The notes below the pieces were generated by a model. The model had not been told where the DNA came from, ran no database searches, and was given only the letters and a program-made list of their open reading frames with translations. Below are positions 1 to 9,983 of a stretch of 64,000 bases of DNA, in pieces (the first letter of the stretch is position 1; every line of letters starts with the position of its first letter). A program made the position numbers and the translations under genes. The stretch spans positions 58,951-122,950 of the forward strand of contig JBBIPC010000003.1 in the NCBI GenBank assembly GCA_037443035.1, given 5' to 3'. Origin of the DNA: Chthonomonadales bacterium (GTDB taxonomy: Bacteria; Armatimonadota; Chthonomonadetes; Chthonomonadales; CAJBBX01).

Positions 1-58
1 GTCTCGAACCTCCTAGCTGCGGTCGGAGCGCCCATGCCGATCCCTCGGGCCGCCCTCC

Positions 59-1063
59 CTACAATTCAGGCGGCATAAGTTCGCGAAGTGTGCAAAGGCG
101 CTCGGACGTCAGGAGCCAGATATCATCGGTCGGAGTGTCTGGCGGCAAGATGACCCACCGGGACATGCCTCGGACGTTTCGCTCGATGTCCGATGTCACG
201 CCCTGAACCTCCTCCTCCGTCAGAGGTCGCGCGTCCCACGTTGCCAGTATGCTGTTCATCTCTCGGATGGTTCGTAATTCGATGCCCGGTACCGATAGCA
301 CGGTTCGGACGGTCTGCCGGAGCGAGTCCAGCGCTGCCTCCAGCTCGCTCGCGGTCTTCCGCCTTGGTGGCTTCCACTCCTCACGGTGGTGGTTGGCTCC
401 AGCCACGAAGTTGGTCCCGTCCCAGAATTCGTGATGAAGGATGCGTGTGGGATGACCGAGGAAAACCTCTGTCCACCTGCGGCCGGATGCCAAGTCCGCC
501 TCCAGCTCGGCTACCAGACGGCGTCTGTTCTTCAAGGCTGCCTCATGGTCATGGTACTCGCCGTCGCCTGCGTAGTGCCCGGACGGATAAGCAAGCAGGT
601 CGAGGAAACGGTGTGGCTCGCCGGAAGGTACACGGGTATGGGCATAGACGACCGCTGGCACATTGAGTTCCGCCAGAGCACCGGTAACCTGAGGTCCCCA
701 TGTGTTGCCGGGTCCACCCCAGCACGAGGGGTCACAGCCGAACGCCTCACGAATGGCCATGATGGCCGGTTGTTCCCGGCGTACAGCCTCGGCAACACCA
801 TCCTCCCATCCCAACCCCTGGAGGTATTCGAGGACGGTTGGATGGACGCTGTGGAAATCCGTATGGCTGCCGATGTCGTGGCCCTTCAGCGCGTCCAGCA
901 CGTCGTACCGACCCCTTTGCATCCACTGCCGAACCCGTTCGCCAACCACACAGAACGTTGCCTGGACCCCTTCCTCGGTCAGGATGATGGCGACATCGCG
1001 CGCAATGTCATCCGCCTCGGGTGCGACGATGTCTTCGACGTCCAGCAGGAATGTGACAACCAT
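59..1063 (-). CDS. Polysaccharide deacetylase (NodB/CE4-like fold) family protein
   Basis: N-terminal FLLDVED and HDIGSHTDFHSVHP metal-site-like motifs; ATG at 1063 preceded by GAGGG; co-directional downstream of ndk. Confidence 0.6.
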   Translation of the reverse strand: MVVTFLLDVEDIVAPEADDIARDVAIILTEEGVQATFCVVGERVRQWMQRGRYDVLDALKGHDIGSHTDFHSVHPTVLEYLQGLGWEDGVAEAVRREQPAIMAIREAFGCDPSCWGGPGNTWGPQVTGALAELNVPAVVYAHTRVPSGEPHRFLDLLAYPSGHYAGDGEYHDHEAALKNRRRLVAELEADLASGRRWTEVFLGHPTRILHHEFWDGTNFVAGANHHREEWKPPRRKTASELEAALDSLRQTVRTVLSVPGIELRTIREMNSILATWDARPLTEEEVQGVTSDIERNVRGMSRWVILPPDTPTDDIWLLTSERLCTLRELMPPEL

Positions 1064-1080
1064 ACCGTTCCCTCGCGTGT

Positions 1081-1503
1081 CTAGCGCGCTGGCAGCAGTT
1101 CCGATGGCGCGAACCACAGAGCAAGTTCTGCCGCTGCAGTCTCGGGGCTGTCCGATCCGTGGACCAGGTTCCTCTGGATATCAGCCGTGTAGTCGCCGCG
1201 GATCGTACCAGGTGACGCTTCCAACGGCTTCAGCGCGCCCATCATCTGGCGGACCAACGCAATGGCGTTCGGCCCCTCGATCGCCAGCGCCACTACAGGA
1301 CCGCTTGTGATGAAGTCCACAAGCTCCCGGTAGAACGGCTTGCCCTGATGGACGGCGTAGTGCTTCTCGGCGAGCTCCACCGACGGAACCAACATTTTCA
1401 ACCCGACAATGCGTAACCCGCGACGCTCGAAGCGTCCGATGATCTCTCCGATCAGCCGTCGCTCGACTCCATCTGGCTTCACCATGACAAAGGTTCGTTC
1501 CAC
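1081..1503 (-). CDS. ndk: Nucleoside diphosphate kinase
   Basis: [34 protein letters not shown] signature; AGGAGG RBS. Confidence 0.97.
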   Translation of the reverse strand: MERTFVMVKPDGVERRLIGEIIGRFERRGLRIVGLKMLVPSVELAEKHYAVHQGKPFYRELVDFITSGPVVALAIEGPNAIALVRQMMGALKPLEASPGTIRGDYTADIQRNLVHGSDSPETAAAELALWFAPSELLPAR

Positions 1504-1640
1504 ACGGTCCTCCTGAACAATCCATGCGCCGCATCGCTAGCCAGCGCGGCAGCACAAGCTCGGTGATTATACCGCCGTCCCCGTCGGCCAGTAGCTGCCC
1601 TCGGTACCCTCCGAAGCCCGAAAAAGGTCCTCTGAATCCC

Positions 1641-1670
1641 TTGACACCTGGAACATTCATTCGCTATGCT
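1641..1670 (+). promoter_or_regulatory. Sigma70-type promoter of the respiratory operon
   Basis: TTGACA (1641-1646), 18 nt spacer, TATGCT (1665-1670), upstream of the ctaA-ctaB fusion. Confidence 0.6.
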
Positions 1671-1753
1671 AAGTATTAGCTTGGTGATGATAGGAACTAT
1701 TTGTAATTGCTAGCTGCAACTCGCTGCACCGTTTGTGCAACAAGGAGCATGTC

Positions 1754-3643
1754 GTGAGCGCTCGCGCATACAGGAACTTCGCCTGGACCGTGGTTGCCTT
1801 CACCGTGGTGACGATTCTCTGGGGCAGTCTCGTTCGTGCCACGGGTTCCGGCGCAGGTTGCGGCGGCCATTGGCCGACCTGCGGGGGGCACTTCGTCATC
1901 CTTCCGCGCACCCGCGAGATGTGGTTCGAGCTGCCGCACAGACTTTCTTCCGGACTTCTTCTGCTTCTCGTCGGCCTGCTGGCCGCACTTAGTTTGCGGA
2001 CCTTCCCGCGAGGTCACGCGGTGCGCAAGGGCGCCTTTGCCGCATTCGGCGTGGTACTCCTTGAGGCACTACTTGGGGCTGGCCTGGTCCTGTTCGGTCT
2101 TGTGGGCAAGGATGACTCGCTGACGCGGGCCGTGGTAATCGCTGTTCATCTCACCAACACCCTCTTGCTCCTCGGAGCGCTCACTCTCACGGCGTGGTTG
2201 GCAGGCTGCAGCACTCCCATGGTACGGCGGCGGTCCGGATGGGCCGGCTGGGCGCTGGCAGGTGGCCTTGTCGCTGTTGCCGTAGTTGGTGCTAGCGGTG
2301 CGGTTACGGCCCTCGGCGACACGCTCTTCCCTGCCAACGAGCTGGCTCGGGCGGTACGGGATGATCTTTCCACCACTGCGCATGTGCTCATGCGGATGCG
2401 TCTGCTGCACCCGTTCATCGCCATGTCCGTCGGAGCCTATGTGCTCTGGATGGCAGGAGCGGTGGCCGAGATGGATGGCCGTGCGCGCAGTGCAGCCAGA
2501 TACGTAATGGTCGGTGTCCTTGCCCAGTTGGCGGTCGGGTTCATCAACCTCTTTCTCCTGGCTCCCATCGTTCTGCAGGTTATCCACCTCCTCGCCGCCG
2601 ACTTGCTTTGGATCGCACTCGTTACGCTGACCGCTACCGCCGTGCTAGTTCCTGCGGCGCATTCGGTGGCACCGTCATCCCCGACCGAGCGGGTTGCGAC
2701 GCACCCGTCGAGCGCGGCGGCACGTACGACCATGGCGTCCTCCCCATGGCGCGCCTACCTGGCTCTCACAAAGCCTCGCGTGATCAGCTTGCTCCTCTTC
2801 ACGACACTGGCCGCCATGTTCGTAGCCGCCAAGGGATGGCCAGGCGGATGGCTTCTACTCGCTACCGCCGTCGGTGGTTACATGGCTGCCGGAGCGGCCA
2901 ATACGATCAATATGATTCTGGATCGCGACATAGATGCCCGCATGGCCCGCACTAGTACGCGTCCCACAGTGACCCAGGAGATTCCCCTGCGAAACGTCAT
3001 CGTCTTCGCCGCAGCGCTTACGGTCGGCTCGTTCGTTCTGTTGTGGTTCGCAGCGAATCCCCTCACGGCGTTGCTGGCGATGCTGGGTCTGGCGTATTAC
3101 GTGCTCGTCTACACCGTGTGGCTCAAGCGGAGGACATGGCACAACATCGTCATCGGCGGCGCAGCCGGCGCCATCCCGCCACTCGTCGGCTGGGCCGCCG
3201 TGACAGGCGAGCTGAACGCCCTGGCCTGGTACCTCTTCGCGATCATTTTCGCCTGGACGCCCGTGCACTTCTGGGCGCTCGCCATGCTTATCCGGGAAGA
3301 CTACGCGAGGGCTGGCTTGCCCATGCTGCCGGTGGTGCGCGGACCACGTGAGACCGTGTTCCAGATCGCCCTCTACGCCGCTCTGACAGCCGCAGTATCC
3401 ATCGTGCCCTTCTTCCAGCGCCAGGTGGGTGGAGGTTACCTTGGTGTGGCGCTCGTACTTAACCTCGTCCTGCTCACCCGAGCCACGCAGCTCTACCGAC
3501 GTCCCGAGCGGCAGACGGCTCGTGCCGTTTTCAAGTACAGCCTCTCCTATCTCGCCCTCCTGTTCTTGGCCCTGGCGGCCGACCGGAGCACCCTGGTGCA
3601 TTCTGCCATCGCCATGGCTTCTGGTCTATTCCGGGCGAGCTGA
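1754..3643 (+). CDS. ctaB: Fused heme A synthase (CtaA/COX15) and heme O synthase (CtaB/CyoE)
   Basis: N-half has GAGCGGHWPTC, ELPHR and conserved His residues in TM helices. C-half has LTKPRV, DRDIDARMARTxxRP, WLKRRT, IGGAAGAIPPLVGW and WTPVHFWAL. GTG start at 1754 after AAGGAG. Confidence 0.9.
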   Translation: MSARAYRNFAWTVVAFTVVTILWGSLVRATGSGAGCGGHWPTCGGHFVILPRTREMWFELPHRLSSGLLLLLVGLLAALSLRTFPRGHAVRKGAFAAFGVVLLEALLGAGLVLFGLVGKDDSLTRAVVIAVHLTNTLLLLGALTLTAWLAGCSTPMVRRRSGWAGWALAGGLVAVAVVGASGAVTALGDTLFPANELARAVRDDLSTTAHVLMRMRLLHPFIAMSVGAYVLWMAGAVAEMDGRARSAARYVMVGVLAQLAVGFINLFLLAPIVLQVIHLLAADLLWIALVTLTATAVLVPAAHSVAPSSPTERVATHPSSAAARTTMASSPWRAYLALTKPRVISLLLFTTLAAMFVAAKGWPGGWLLLATAVGGYMAAGAANTINMILDRDIDARMARTSTRPTVTQEIPLRNVIVFAAALTVGSFVLLWFAANPLTALLAMLGLAYYVLVYTVWLKRRTWHNIVIGGAAGAIPPLVGWAAVTGELNALAWYLFAIIFAWTPVHFWALAMLIREDYARAGLPMLPVVRGPRETVFQIALYAALTAAVSIVPFFQRQVGGGYLGVALVLNLVLLTRATQLYRRPERQTARAVFKYSLSYLALLFLALAADRSTLVHSAIAMASGLFRAS

Positions 3644-3652
3644 GACCAAACC

Positions 3653-4309
3653 ATGGCCCAGATCTTCCCACCCGCCGCGAACACGATCGCTAGAGTCAGC
3701 CTCGCTGCAGCGATACTCCTCCCCGCACTGGCGCTCATGGCAGGATCCACCATCACGCGAGCACCCTACAACACCAAGGTGGACGTTCCCTTGGATCAGC
3801 CGGTGCCGTTCAGTCATCAGCATCACGTGGCTGAGCTGGGTCTCGACTGCACCTTCTGCCATACCTCCGTCGAGACTTCGTCCAAGGCTGGGCTGCCGCC
3901 GACACAAACGTGCATGAGCTGTCACTCCCAGATCTGGACGAACAGCCCGCTGCTGGATCCCGTGCGCCAGAGCTGGACTACAGGCGAACCGATCCGGTGG
4001 AACCTGGTCAACAGCGTGCCTGACTTCGTCTACTTCGACCACAGCATCCACATCGCCAAGGGTATTGGCTGCACGGAGTGCCACGGCCCGGTGCACGAGA
4101 TGCAGATCACCTACAAGGCCAAGCCGTTCACCATGGCCTGGTGTCTCGACTGCCACCGACGGCCAGAGCAGTTCATCCGGCCCAAGGATCAGGTGATGAA
4201 CATCGGATATGTGCACCCAGCGAATCAGTTGGAGATGGGGCGGAAGCTGGTCGAGCAGTACAAGATCAACGTCAAGCAACTCACGGACTGTTCGATATGT
4301 CACCGATAG
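3653..4309 (+). CDS. actA: Alternative complex III pentaheme cytochrome c subunit ActA
   Basis: MAQIF start, one TM helix, QPVPFSH, five CxxCH motifs (CTFCH, CMSCH, CTECH, CLDCH, CSICH). Confidence 0.92.
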   Translation: MAQIFPPAANTIARVSLAAAILLPALALMAGSTITRAPYNTKVDVPLDQPVPFSHQHHVAELGLDCTFCHTSVETSSKAGLPPTQTCMSCHSQIWTNSPLLDPVRQSWTTGEPIRWNLVNSVPDFVYFDHSIHIAKGIGCTECHGPVHEMQITYKAKPFTMAWCLDCHRRPEQFIRPKDQVMNIGYVHPANQLEMGRKLVEQYKINVKQLTDCSICHR

Positions 4310-7300
4310 CCGACCGAGACAATCTGGACCACTCTGGCGATCTGGGCAGCGTCCCGTCTCCAGCGTCTGCCACGCTGCGGGAGCGACTGCTCTCCGCAGG
4401 CAGCCGAGGCATCTGGCGCAGCCTGGACGAGCTGCTCGACACGCCCGAGTTCCGCAAGTGGGTCGAAGACGAGTTCCCCCATCGCGAGTCCCTTCTCGGC
4501 ATGGACCGACGCCGGTTCCTCCAGCTCATGGGTGCGTCCCTGGCGTTGGCGGGTATCACTGGATGTCGCTTTCTGCCCCAGCGACGGGCCGTTCCCTTCG
4601 TCAAGGCGGTGGAGGAAGAGGTTCCGGGCATGCCCCTCTACTACGCCTCAGCTATCGTGCTGAGCGGCATCGCTGCCGGCGTCTTGGTGGAAAGTCACGA
4701 AGGACGTCCTACGAAGATCGAGGGAAACCCCTTGCATCCGGCTAGTCTCGGAAGCACCGATCTCTTCACACAGGCCGCGATCCTGAACCTCTACGATCCC
4801 GACCGTTCGCGCAACGTCGTGCACGCGGGCGATGTAGCGACCTGGCCGGAGCTCCTGGCTGCCCTCCGCGGTGTGCTGGACCAGCAGCAAAGAGAAGCAG
4901 GCGCAGGGTTGCGCATTCTCTCCGGTGCCATCACATCGCCGAGCCTGCTGGCGCAGATCGACGCGCTTCGCAGACGTCTCCCAGAAGCCCGCTGGTACCA
5001 ATGGGAGGCGGCGAACCGTGATAACGTGTGCGCTGGTATGCGTCAGGCGTTTGGCCGTCCCCTGAACCCCGTGTATCGTCTGGACAGGGCGCACGTGGTG
5101 GTAACGCTGGATGCGGACATCCTCACAGGCATGCCGGGCTCTGTGCGCTATGCGCGCGATTTCATGAGCGGCAGACGTGTGCGAGCGAATCAGCGGACGA
5201 TGAACCGCCTCTATGCCGTGGAGTCTTCGCCGACCAACACAGGTGCTGTCGCCGACCACCGCCTGACGGTTCGCGCACAGGATATCCACGCGGTAGCCGC
5301 ACAGCTGGCTCATGTTCTCATGGGCGATTCATCGACGCATGTACCAGCCCAGGAACTCGGCGATGACTACGAGGGCAGGTGGCTCGCAGCCTGTGCCCGG
5401 GATCTGCTGGCCAACCGTGGCAGGTGTCTCGTGGTCGCGGGAGATGGCCAGCCGGCGGCCGTTCACGTCCTAGCAGCCGCGATGAACGAGTTCCTTGGTA
5501 ACGTAGGTCACACTGTCGCATACACAGCGCCGATCTATGGCGAGTGGCGTGAGGCAACGGCACAGCTCCAGGAACTTGCCTCGGAGATTGCTTCGGGGCG
5601 TGTGGACGCGCTCCTCGTACTCGGTGCGAATCCCGTCTACGATGCGCCAGCGGACATGCCCTTCGCCGATTTGATCCGCCGCGTGCCCTTCACGGTCCAT
5701 CTTGGTCTTCACCTTGACGAGACGGGCCATGTCTGCCAGTGGCACGCTCCTCTGGCCCACGACCTCGAGTCCTGGGGCGATGCTCGCTCCTATGACGGAA
5801 CCGTTACCTTCCGGCAACCTCTAATCCAGCCGCTGTTCGATGGCAAGTCCATACCGGAGATCGTCTCCGTACTGGTCGGTCGTCCGGCTGATGGTTACGA
5901 GCTACATCGCGCCTACTGGACGAAGCAGTTCGGTGGCACCAACGCCGCGAAGCAATTTCGGCGGGCCATTCACGATGGCCTCATAGAGAACAGCTCGTTG
6001 CCGTCCGAAAGCGTTCGCGTGCGTGAGGACGCTGTGCGCACTGCAATGCAGGTCCCTGCCAGAAAGACCGGCGGAAACGTCGAGGTGGTGTTCGCTCCAG
6101 ATCCAACGCTCTACGACGGTCGTTTCGCCAATAACGGATGGCTCCAGGAACTGCCGAAGGCCATGACGCGCCTCACATGGGACAACGCGGCTCTCCTGGC
6201 CCCATCCACAGCGCATCGGCTCGGTATCGACGACGGGGACGTTCTGGAAATCCGAGCTGGGGATCGGTCCATCGAGGCTCCTGCCAGGCTGCAGCCTGGC
6301 CACGCAAAGGACTCCCTGACGCTTCACCTAGGAGGGGGCCGTAATCGCGCAGGAACCGTCGGCAATGGAGTGGGCTTCAGCGCCTACGTCTTGCGAGATA
6401 GCGAGCATACATGGCTGATTGCGGATGCAAGCGTCGCGCGTACGGGAAGGACGCACAGTTTCGCCACCACTGAGCAGCATCATGCTATGGATAGAGAGCG
6501 GCTCGATGGTCAGCATGGCCGGGATATTGTGCGCGTCCTCCAGCTCGGTGCATTCGATGCCCAGAAAGTAAGGACCCACGGAGAACGGACGTGGAGGCCA
6601 ACCGGATTCTACGACGGCAAGGACCACAAGTACGACGGGTATGCCTGGGGCATGGCGATCGATCTCACCCTCTGCACAGGGTGCAACGCGTGCGTCGTCG
6701 CATGCCAAGCCGAAAACAACATTCCCGTGGTCGGTAAGGAGCAGGTGGCACGCGGACGGGAGATGCACTGGATCCGCATTGACCGCTATTATGAAGGGCC
6801 GGTGGACGACCCAGCCGTGCACCAACAGCCAGTCCTCTGCATGCACTGTGAGCAGGCTCCATGCGAACCGGTCTGTCCAGTGGCAGCCACCGTCCACAGT
6901 CATGAAGGTCTGAACCAGATGGTCTACAACCGCTGCGTGGGGACGCGATACTGCTCCAACAACTGCCCCTACAAGGTCCGCCGTTTCAACTTCCTCAACT
7001 ACGCCAACCACACGGAACCGACGATCCTGCAGCTCCTCCGCAATCCGAATGTGACAGTGCGAGGGCGCGGAGTCATGGAGAAATGCACGTTCTGCGTTCA
7101 GCGGATCAACGCTGCCAGAATAGCCGCAAAGAAGGAAGGCCGTAGCATCCGCGATGGAGAGATCATCACCGCCTGTCAAGGTGCGTGTCCGACACGTGCC
7201 ATCGTCTTCGGCAACATCGCCGACCCAGACAGTGAAGTCTCGAGGCTGAAGCGAGAGCCTCACGACTACAGCCTTCTCGGGGATCTCGACACACGGCCGC

Positions 7301-7386
7301 GTGTGACGTACCTCGCACGGGTCACAAACCCCAACCCCGACAGCCCGGCCGGGGCCGGCCTTGACCGGGAGGCACATACACCATGA
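4297..7386 (+). CDS. actB: Alternative complex III subunit ActB (TAT-variant molybdopterin-oxidoreductase-like domain plus Fe-S domain)
   Basis: WRSLDEL..EF leader, DRRRFL twin-Arg, GITGC lipobox, GRPTKIEGNP, C-terminal ferredoxin Cys clusters (CTGCNACVVAC, CMHCEQAPC, CVGTRYC, CTFC). Start moved to ATG 4297, overlapping the end of actA. Confidence 0.92.
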   Translation: MSPIADRDNLDHSGDLGSVPSPASATLRERLLSAGSRGIWRSLDELLDTPEFRKWVEDEFPHRESLLGMDRRRFLQLMGASLALAGITGCRFLPQRRAVPFVKAVEEEVPGMPLYYASAIVLSGIAAGVLVESHEGRPTKIEGNPLHPASLGSTDLFTQAAILNLYDPDRSRNVVHAGDVATWPELLAALRGVLDQQQREAGAGLRILSGAITSPSLLAQIDALRRRLPEARWYQWEAANRDNVCAGMRQAFGRPLNPVYRLDRAHVVVTLDADILTGMPGSVRYARDFMSGRRVRANQRTMNRLYAVESSPTNTGAVADHRLTVRAQDIHAVAAQLAHVLMGDSSTHVPAQELGDDYEGRWLAACARDLLANRGRCLVVAGDGQPAAVHVLAAAMNEFLGNVGHTVAYTAPIYGEWREATAQLQELASEIASGRVDALLVLGANPVYDAPADMPFADLIRRVPFTVHLGLHLDETGHVCQWHAPLAHDLESWGDARSYDGTVTFRQPLIQPLFDGKSIPEIVSVLVGRPADGYELHRAYWTKQFGGTNAAKQFRRAIHDGLIENSSLPSESVRVREDAVRTAMQVPARKTGGNVEVVFAPDPTLYDGRFANNGWLQELPKAMTRLTWDNAALLAPSTAHRLGIDDGDVLEIRAGDRSIEAPARLQPGHAKDSLTLHLGGGRNRAGTVGNGVGFSAYVLRDSEHTWLIADASVARTGRTHSFATTEQHHAMDRERLDGQHGRDIVRVLQLGAFDAQKVRTHGERTWRPTGFYDGKDHKYDGYAWGMAIDLTLCTGCNACVVACQAENNIPVVGKEQVARGREMHWIRIDRYYEGPVDDPAVHQQPVLCMHCEQAPCEPVCPVAATVHSHEGLNQMVYNRCVGTRYCSNNCPYKVRRFNFLNYANHTEPTILQLLRNPNVTVRGRGVMEKCTFCVQRINAARIAAKKEGRSIRDGEIITACQGACPTRAIVFGNIADPDSEVSRLKREPHDYSLLGDLDTRPRVTYLARVTNPNPDSPAGAGLDREAHTP

Positions 7387-8852
7387 GCAGCAATCCTGAG
7401 ACCGTCACCGCGAAACCGGATCGGCTGGTTCAGGTCCCGAACAAGGAACCGGCGAGTCACAGCGTCTCCGCAGCGGGGGCCGACGCCGAGCTCTTATTGG
7501 GCAGTCACTCGTACGACAGCGTCACCGACCGGATCTCCGGCATCGTCCTCGACCAGCGATCGCATCCCACGGCATGGTTCGCCGTATTCGCGCTGGCTTT
7601 CCTTGCCTTGAACGGGATGATGCTTACCATTACGTGGCTTCTCTACCGGGGTGTGGGCATCTGGGGCATCAATCAGCCGGCCGGCTGGGGGTTCGATATC
7701 ATCAACTTCGTCTGGTGGATCGGTATCGGCCATGCCGGCACGCTCATCTCGGCGATCCTCCTCCTCATGCGCCAGCAGTGGCGGACGTCCATCAATAGGT
7801 TCGCCGAAGCGATGACCCTCTTCGCTGTCGCCTGTGCCGGCCTCTACCCTCTCCTTCACACGGGACGGCCATGGGTCGCCTACTGGCTGTTCCCCTATCC
7901 GAACATCATGGGCATATGGCCCCAGTTTCGCAGTCCCCTCATCTGGGATGTCTTCGCGGTTTCCACCTACATGACCGTGTCGGCTCTCTTCTGGTTCGTC
8001 GGGCTCGTTCCTGATCTGGCGTCGCTCCGGGATCGCGCGCGCAACCGGTTCGCTCGCATCCTCTTCGGCATTGGCGCTCTCGGTTGGAGAGGATCGGCGC
8101 GGCACTGGGCACGTTATGAGGCGGCCTACCTCATGCTCGCGGGATTGTCCACACCGCTCGTTCTGTCGGTGCACTCCATCGTGAGCTTCGACTTCGCCGT
8201 ATCGGTACTTCCTGGCTGGCACACCACGGTCTTCCCGCCCTATTTTGTGGCCGGAGCCATCTACGCCGGATTCGCCATGGTACTGACCCTGGCCATTCCT
8301 GTTCGGGCCTGGTACGGGCTGCGCGATTTCATCACCGACAAGCACCTGGACTGGATGGCGAAGATTATGCTGGCCACCGGCCTGATCGTTGTCTACGGCT
8401 ACATCATGGAGATGTTCTACGGCTGGTACTCCGGGAACCCCTATGAAGGGTTCCTTATCAAGAACCGTATGACGGGTCCCTATGCGCCGCTCTTCTGGGC
8501 GCTTCTCGTTTGCAACGGGGTAGTGCCGCAAGTTCTGTGGTCGCCGCGATGGCGATCCAGCCCAGCCGTGCTCTTCACGGTATCGCTCGTTGTCAGCGTG
8601 GGCATGTGGCTGGAGCGGTTCATCATCATTCCGGTGAGCCTGCACAGGGACTTCTTGCCATCCTCCTGGGGCATGTATGTTCCCACGGTCTGGGACTGGG
8701 GCATGTTCGTTGGGACGCTAGGGTTGTTCTTCTTCCTCATGTTCCTGTTCATCCGGTTCCTGCCCATGATCTCCATCTTCGAAATACGCGACCTTCTCCA
8801 CAGGATCCGTGGCAGGAGGGACCTCGCGACGGAGGGGCACCATGAGGCGTAG
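7383..8852 (+). CDS. actC: Alternative complex III quinol-binding subunit ActC (NrfD/PsrC family)
   Basis: WGFDIINFVWWIGIGHAGTLISAIL, WRTSINRFAEAMT, HTGRPW, GMWLERF. Confidence 0.93.
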   Translation: MSSNPETVTAKPDRLVQVPNKEPASHSVSAAGADAELLLGSHSYDSVTDRISGIVLDQRSHPTAWFAVFALAFLALNGMMLTITWLLYRGVGIWGINQPAGWGFDIINFVWWIGIGHAGTLISAILLLMRQQWRTSINRFAEAMTLFAVACAGLYPLLHTGRPWVAYWLFPYPNIMGIWPQFRSPLIWDVFAVSTYMTVSALFWFVGLVPDLASLRDRARNRFARILFGIGALGWRGSARHWARYEAAYLMLAGLSTPLVLSVHSIVSFDFAVSVLPGWHTTVFPPYFVAGAIYAGFAMVLTLAIPVRAWYGLRDFITDKHLDWMAKIMLATGLIVVYGYIMEMFYGWYSGNPYEGFLIKNRMTGPYAPLFWALLVCNGVVPQVLWSPRWRSSPAVLFTVSLVVSVGMWLERFIIIPVSLHRDFLPSSWGMYVPTVWDWGMFVGTLGLFFFLMFLFIRFLPMISIFEIRDLLHRIRGRRDLATEGHHEA

Positions 8853-9369
8853 TGGGTTGGTGGCACGCTTCCGATCGCCAGAGGACCTGCTTGCCGCGGT
8901 CAAGGCTCTCAAGAGCCGAGGATACAGGCGTCTGGACAGTTACTCGCCATTTCCCATCCACGGCATGGCCGAAGCACTGGAGGCCGAAGACGCCAGGTTG
9001 CCATGGCTTGTCTTTCTATGCGGCGCGGCCGGAGCAGCGCTGGGTTACGGCCTGCAGTACTACACCTCAGTCATCGCCTATCCGTTGAACGTGGGAGGGC
9101 GGCCATTCCATAGTTGGCCGTCGTTCATACCGGTAACGTTCGAGACAACGGTGCTGCTGGCCGCCTTTGGCGCAGTCTTCGGCATGTTCGCCATGAACGG
9201 CCTACCGCAACCCCATCACCCGCTCTTTGATGTGCCGGGCTTCGACCGCACCAGCAGCGATGCATTCTTCCTGCATGTCGAAGCATCGGACCCGTTGTTC
9301 GATCGGCCCAAGACCGAGGACCTTCTCCTTTCGTTGGGTGCTATCTCGGTTCACGAGGTGCTGTCATGA
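8842..9369 (+). CDS. actD: Alternative complex III subunit ActD (DUF3341)
   Basis: DSYSPFPIHG, YPLNVGGRP, WPSFIPVTFE; position in the act cluster. Confidence 0.9.
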   Translation: MRRSGLVARFRSPEDLLAAVKALKSRGYRRLDSYSPFPIHGMAEALEAEDARLPWLVFLCGAAGAALGYGLQYYTSVIAYPLNVGGRPFHSWPSFIPVTFETTVLLAAFGAVFGMFAMNGLPQPHHPLFDVPGFDRTSSDAFFLHVEASDPLFDRPKTEDLLLSLGAISVHEVLS

Positions 9370-9983
9370 CGCGGTGGGCCATGGTGAGCGTTGCTGCTAC
9401 CCTTGCGTTCGCAACCGGTGGCTGCCACGTGGACATGTGGAGACAGCCGAAGCTGCTCCCTCAGCACGAGAGCACGTTTTTCGCCGACGGCGCGGCCTCG
9501 CGACCACCAGTTCCGCATACCGTCGCCAGGGGGCAGTTGCGGGACGACGAGGTCCTCTACACCGGCGTACGCAACGGCGAGTTGGTGACGGAGCCGCCCT
9601 TGCCTGTCACCGAAGACAACCTCCAGCGAGGCGAGAAGCTCTTCGGGATCCATTGTGCGCCGTGTCATGGCCCGTTGGGCTACGGAAACGGGATGATCGC
9701 CCAGCGAGGTCTCGCTCTTCGCCGGAAGCCCGGCAACTACCACACGGATCGGCTTCGCAACATGCCCATCGGCTATTTCTACGACGTCATGACGAATGGC
9801 GCTGGCGTCATGTATAGCGTTGCATCGCGCGTTTCTCCAGAGGATCGGTGGCGCATCGCCATGCACGTGCGCGTCCTCCAGCTTAGCCAGCATGGTCGTC
9901 TCGCTGATCTTTCGCCTGCACTCGCCGCAGAGCTAGAGAAGGCGGCAGGGAGACCTTCGGGCCGGAAGGGGGCGACCCGATGA
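9366..9983 (+). CDS. actE: Alternative complex III monoheme cytochrome c lipoprotein ActE
   Basis: Lipobox TGGC, DMWRQPK, single CAPCH motif; ATGA overlap with actD. Confidence 0.88.
   Translation: MTRWAMVSVAATLAFATGGCHVDMWRQPKLLPQHESTFFADGAASRPPVPHTVARGQLRDDEVLYTGVRNGELVTEPPLPVTEDNLQRGEKLFGIHCAPCHGPLGYGNGMIAQRGLALRRKPGNYHTDRLRNMPIGYFYDVMTNGAGVMYSVASRVSPEDRWRIAMHVRVLQLSQHGRLADLSPALAAELEKAAGRPSGRKGATR

Noticed and set aside
4078..4296. N-terminal extension of actB in the ORF track
   Set aside because: It overlaps actA in another frame, and recognisable ActB sequence starts after ATG 4297
6328..8645. Long antisense ORFs (349 and 383 aa) opposite actB and actC
   Set aside because: Shadow frames typical of high-GC coding DNA, with no motifs
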